This document shows positions 16,412 through 19,221 of a stretch of 19,221 nt of DNA, piece after piece. The notes below the pieces were generated by a model. It ran no database searches and was not told where the DNA came from. It saw only the letters and a list, made by a program, of their open reading frames with translations. Source of the DNA: a bacterium (GTDB lineage: Bacteria > Muiribacteriota > UBA6191). Location: assembly GCA_036339875.1 (NCBI GenBank), contig JAYZAC010000134.1, positions 1-19,221 on the forward strand, given 5' to 3'. A program made the translations under genes and the position numbers. Position 1 is the first letter of the stretch; each line of letters begins with the position of its first letter.

Positions 16412-19221
16412 TTGCCTTCTTTAACGACCCATTCTAAGTAAGGTTTTAAGTATTTACCGGTGTGCGACGTTTCAATTCCCACGAGTTGGTCTACTGGGCC
16501 TTGAAACAATACTTGACCTCCTTCGGCACCACCTTCCGGACCTATATCAACTACATGGTCTGCGCAGCGGATAATATCTAGGTTGTGCTCAATAACAATT
16601 ACAGTATTGCCCGCTTCGACAATTCTACGCAAGACTTTTAATAATTTATGAATATCGTCAAAATGTAAACCGGTAGTAGGCTCATCTAATAAATATAGGG
16701 TATTACCTCTACTTCTTTTCGCGAGTTCGCGAGATAATTTGACCCGCTGAGCTTCACCTCCAGAAAGGGTGGTAGCCGATTGTCCTAGTCTTATGTAGCC
16801 AAGTCCAACGTCTTGCAACGTTCTTAGGATACGATGGATGTTGGGTATATTCTCAAATAATTCAACACCTTGATCAACAGTCATCGCAAGTACTTCAGCT
16901 ATATTTCGTCCACGATATTTCACTCTCAACGTAGCCTCATTAAAGCGCTTACCTTTGCAAGATTCACAGGTTACGAAAACGTCAGGAAGGAAATGCATTT
17001 CGACTTTTATTACTCCGGCGCCCTGACAGCTTTCACATCGGCCACCTTTCACATTAAAGCTGAAGCGTCCTGCCTGGTATCCATAGATTTTGGACTCCTC
17101 TAAATTAGCGAAAAGATTCCGAATATGATCAAAAACTTTAACGTAAGTAGCCGGATTAGAACGGGGTGTCCTTCCTATAGGTGATTGATCGATATCTATC
17201 ACGCTCTGAAAATATTCGAAGCCTTCTATGGAATCAACCTCTCCTATTACCTGCCGAGAGTTATGAAAATGGTTTTGCGCAGCAGGCCACAAGATTGAGT
17301 TGATCAATGAACTTTTACCCGCTCCACTGACTCCTGTGACGACATTGAGACTTGCTGACTTAAAACGAACCTCAATATTCTTCAGATTATTTTGTCGAGC
17401 TCCCCTGATTACGAGTTCTTTTTGATCTTTAGAAACACCTTCTAAGCCCTTTCCAATAAATTTTTTACCAAAGAGGTACTGACTGGTTAGGCTCTTTCTG
17501 TTTTTTTTGAGGGCTGGTACGGTTCCTGAAAAGACAATCTCTCCCCCTAACTCGCCTGCACCTGGCCCAAAGTCGACTACGTGATCAGCAGCTTTGATAG
17601 TGTCATAATCGTGCTCTACAACCAATACTGAGTTTCCTATATCTCGAAGGTGTTGCAAGGTTTGAATCAATCTATCGTTATCCCTTTGGTGTAGTCCAAT
17701 TGAAGGTTCATCTAAAATGTAGAGCACTCCTGTCAATTCGCTACCTATCTGACTTGCAAGACGAATTCTTTGACTTTCCCCACCTGATAATGAAGGAGCG
17801 AGGCGATCGAGAGTGAGATAATTGAGTCCAACGCTTACTAAAAAGCCTAATCGAGATCGTATCTCTTTTAATACTTCAGAGGAAATTTGTTTTTGGTTAC
17901 CTTCGAGACGAATATTTTCAAAGAAATGAAGAGCTTCTTTAATTGTCATCGAGCATACTTCAGCAATACTATTCGTTTCAATTTTGACTGCTTTTGATTC
18001 TGCACGAATACGACTGCCATTGCATTTACGGCATTTGACTGGTTTAACGTGCTTAGAATGTGACTCGCGGAGTTCCTGTCCTCCCTCAGCAGCTTCTTTT
18101 ATTCTCTCGAGATACGTATTTACGAGCCCTCTGTAATGATGGCGGCCAAAACTTGAATCTGTTCCTGATTGCAGGTCCAGCGAAATACGTTCGGCACGTC
18201 CGAAAAACAAATAATTCTGCTGGATTTCAGTTAGATCCTTAAACGGTGTGTCTTCATCGATATCTAGTTGACTAATAATCGATTTAATATATCGATAAGT
18301 CCATCCTTTTCTACGTTTCATAGCGCTGGCCCATGGAATAACAGCACCTTTCGATATACTTAGATTTTCATCTTGAATGAATGTCCATTCATCCACAGCC
18401 ATTTTGCTGCCAAGTCCATTGCAACTAACACACATTCCTAGTGGTGAGTTGAATGAGAATGATTGAGGGCTTAGTTCTGGGAAGGAGATATTGCAGGAAC
18501 TACAAGCTAATTTTTCTGAAAATACAATATCTTTTCCGGTATCTAGGCGATGCACTATTATCGTGCCTTCCAAACAATATTTAAGTGCTGTTTCTACCGA
18601 ATCTGTGAGGCGATTGCGAATCCCGTCTTTCACTACAAGTCGGTCGATAACAATCTCTAAATTGTGTTTTAATTTTTTATCTAGAGTAATTTGTTCTTCA
18701 AGATTGTGGAGTTTTCCATTGACCCGCATGCGGGTGAATCCCTTGTGGATAGCTTCTTCAAAAACTTCGCGGTATTCTCCTTTGCGATTACTAACTTGTG
18801 GAGAGAGTATCATTAACTTAGTTTTTTCTGGCCAGCTCATTATGTAATCAACCATTTGCTGAGCTGTTTGACGGCCTACTGGCTCTCCACATTTGTGACA
18901 ATAGTGCTTGCCCACTCGCGCGAAAAGAACTCTCAGATAATCATAGATTTCGGTTACAGTTCCAACAGTAGACCTAGGATTTTTACTTGCCGCCTTCTGT
19001 TCAATCGAGATTGTGGGCGATAAACCTCTAATATAATCATAGTGTGGTTTCTCCATCTGACCCAAAAATTGTCTGGCGTAACTACTCAATGATTCAACAT
19101 ATCTTCTTTGACCTTCGGCATAGATAGTATCAAACGCTAAAGATGATTTACCCGAGCCACTTACGCCCGTGAACACTACTAGCTTGTTCTTGGGAATTTC
19201 GAGATACACGTCTTTTAAGTT
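16405..19221 (-). CDS. uvrA: Excinuclease ABC subunit A; start codon lies beyond the window end
   Basis: Two ABC ATPase modules (GVSGSGKS and GVSGAGKS Walker A, two LSGGE, LDEPS/LDEPT) and CxxC zinc fingers. The frame stays open to 19221, reading NLKDVYLEIP (conserved NLK motif), so GTG 19209 is internal. Confidence 0.99.
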   Translation of the reverse strand, partial: NLKDVYLEIPKNKLVVFTGVSGSGKSSLAFDTIYAEGQRRYVESLSSYARQFLGQMEKPHYDYIRGLSPTISIEQKAASKNPRSTVGTVTEIYDYLRVLFARVGKHYCHKCGEPVGRQTAQQMVDYIMSWPEKTKLMILSPQVSNRKGEYREVFEEAIHKGFTRMRVNGKLHNLEEQITLDKKLKHNLEIVIDRLVVKDGIRNRLTDSVETALKYCLEGTIIVHRLDTGKDIVFSEKLACSSCNISFPELSPQSFSFNSPLGMCVSCNGLGSKMAVDEWTFIQDENLSISKGAVIPWASAMKRRKGWTYRYIKSIISQLDIDEDTPFKDLTEIQQNYLFFGRAERISLDLQSGTDSSFGRHHYRGLVNTYLERIKEAAEGGQELRESHSKHVKPVKCRKCNGSRIRAESKAVKIETNSIAEVCSMTIKEALHFFENIRLEGNQKQISSEVLKEIRSRLGFLVSVGLNYLTLDRLAPSLSGGESQRIRLASQIGSELTGVLYILDEPSIGLHQRDNDRLIQTLQHLRDIGNSVLVVEHDYDTIKAADHVVDFGPGAGELGGEIVFSGTVPALKKNRKSLTSQYLFGKKFIGKGLEGVSKDQKELVIRGARQNNLKNIEVRFKSASLNVVTGVSGAGKSSLINSILWPAAQNHFHNSRQVIGEVDSIEGFEYFQSVIDIDQSPIGRTPRSNPATYVKVFDHIRNLFANLEESKIYGYQAGRFSFNVKGGRCESCQGAGVIKVEMHFLPDVFVTCESCKGKRFNEATLRVKYRGRNIAEVLAMTVDQGVELFENIPNIHRILRTLQDVGLGYIRLGQSATTLSGGEAQRVKLSRELAKRSRGNTLYLLDEPTTGLHFDDIHKLLKVLRRIVEAGNTVIVIEHNLDIIRCADHVVDIGPEGGAEGGQVLFQGPVDQLVGIETSHTGKYLKPYLEWVVKEGKC

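Noticed and set aside
10965..18847. Short ORFs 10965-11153, 11803-12153, 13992-14186, 14697-14882, 15058-15249, 16870-17103, 18060-18242 and 18491-18847
   Set aside because: They overlap established CDSs, mostly use non-ATG starts and have no protein-family signal.
19207..19209. GTG given as the uvrA start in the ORF track
   Set aside because: The frame continues upstream through the conserved NLKDV to the window edge, so the real start and any SOS box are outside the window.
1..19221. CRISPR array, IS/integrase/prophage, tRNA/rRNA or anti-phage defence locus (e.g. CBASS suggested by cyclase/HD/deaminase genes)
   Set aside because: I saw no direct-repeat arrays, transposase, integrase or structural RNA patterns. 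The HD-GYP, add and cyclase-like genes are dispersed among housekeeping genes on different strands, with no CD-NTase or recognisable defence effector.

Overview
AT-rich, very tightly packed bacterial chromosomal window. I saw no mobile elements, CRISPR arrays, rRNA or tRNA genes. It holds 14 CDSs. On the minus strand, glgB, a type I pullulanase and a partial BtuF/TroA-like ABC substrate-binding protein (missing from the ORF track) form a run that is divergent from a GAF + HD-GYP phosphodiesterase. Next come an ATP12-like protein and a membrane protein with a degenerate class III cyclase domain, a REC-histidine kinase hybrid, an inositol monophosphatase, a beta-propeller protein and ygfZ. The window ends with a minus-strand run of uvrA (5' end outside the window), an MBL-fold protein, an M50-like membrane protein and adenosine deaminase. 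The most unusual feature is that four 'hypothetical' ORFs keep recognisable family scaffolds while lacking key residues: a pseudo site-2 protease, a degenerate MBL-fold hydrolase, a pseudo adenylate/guanylate cyclase and a divergent ATP12-like chaperone. They sit in two apparently co-transcribed pairs. All family assignments come from by-eye motif comparison, not database searches.
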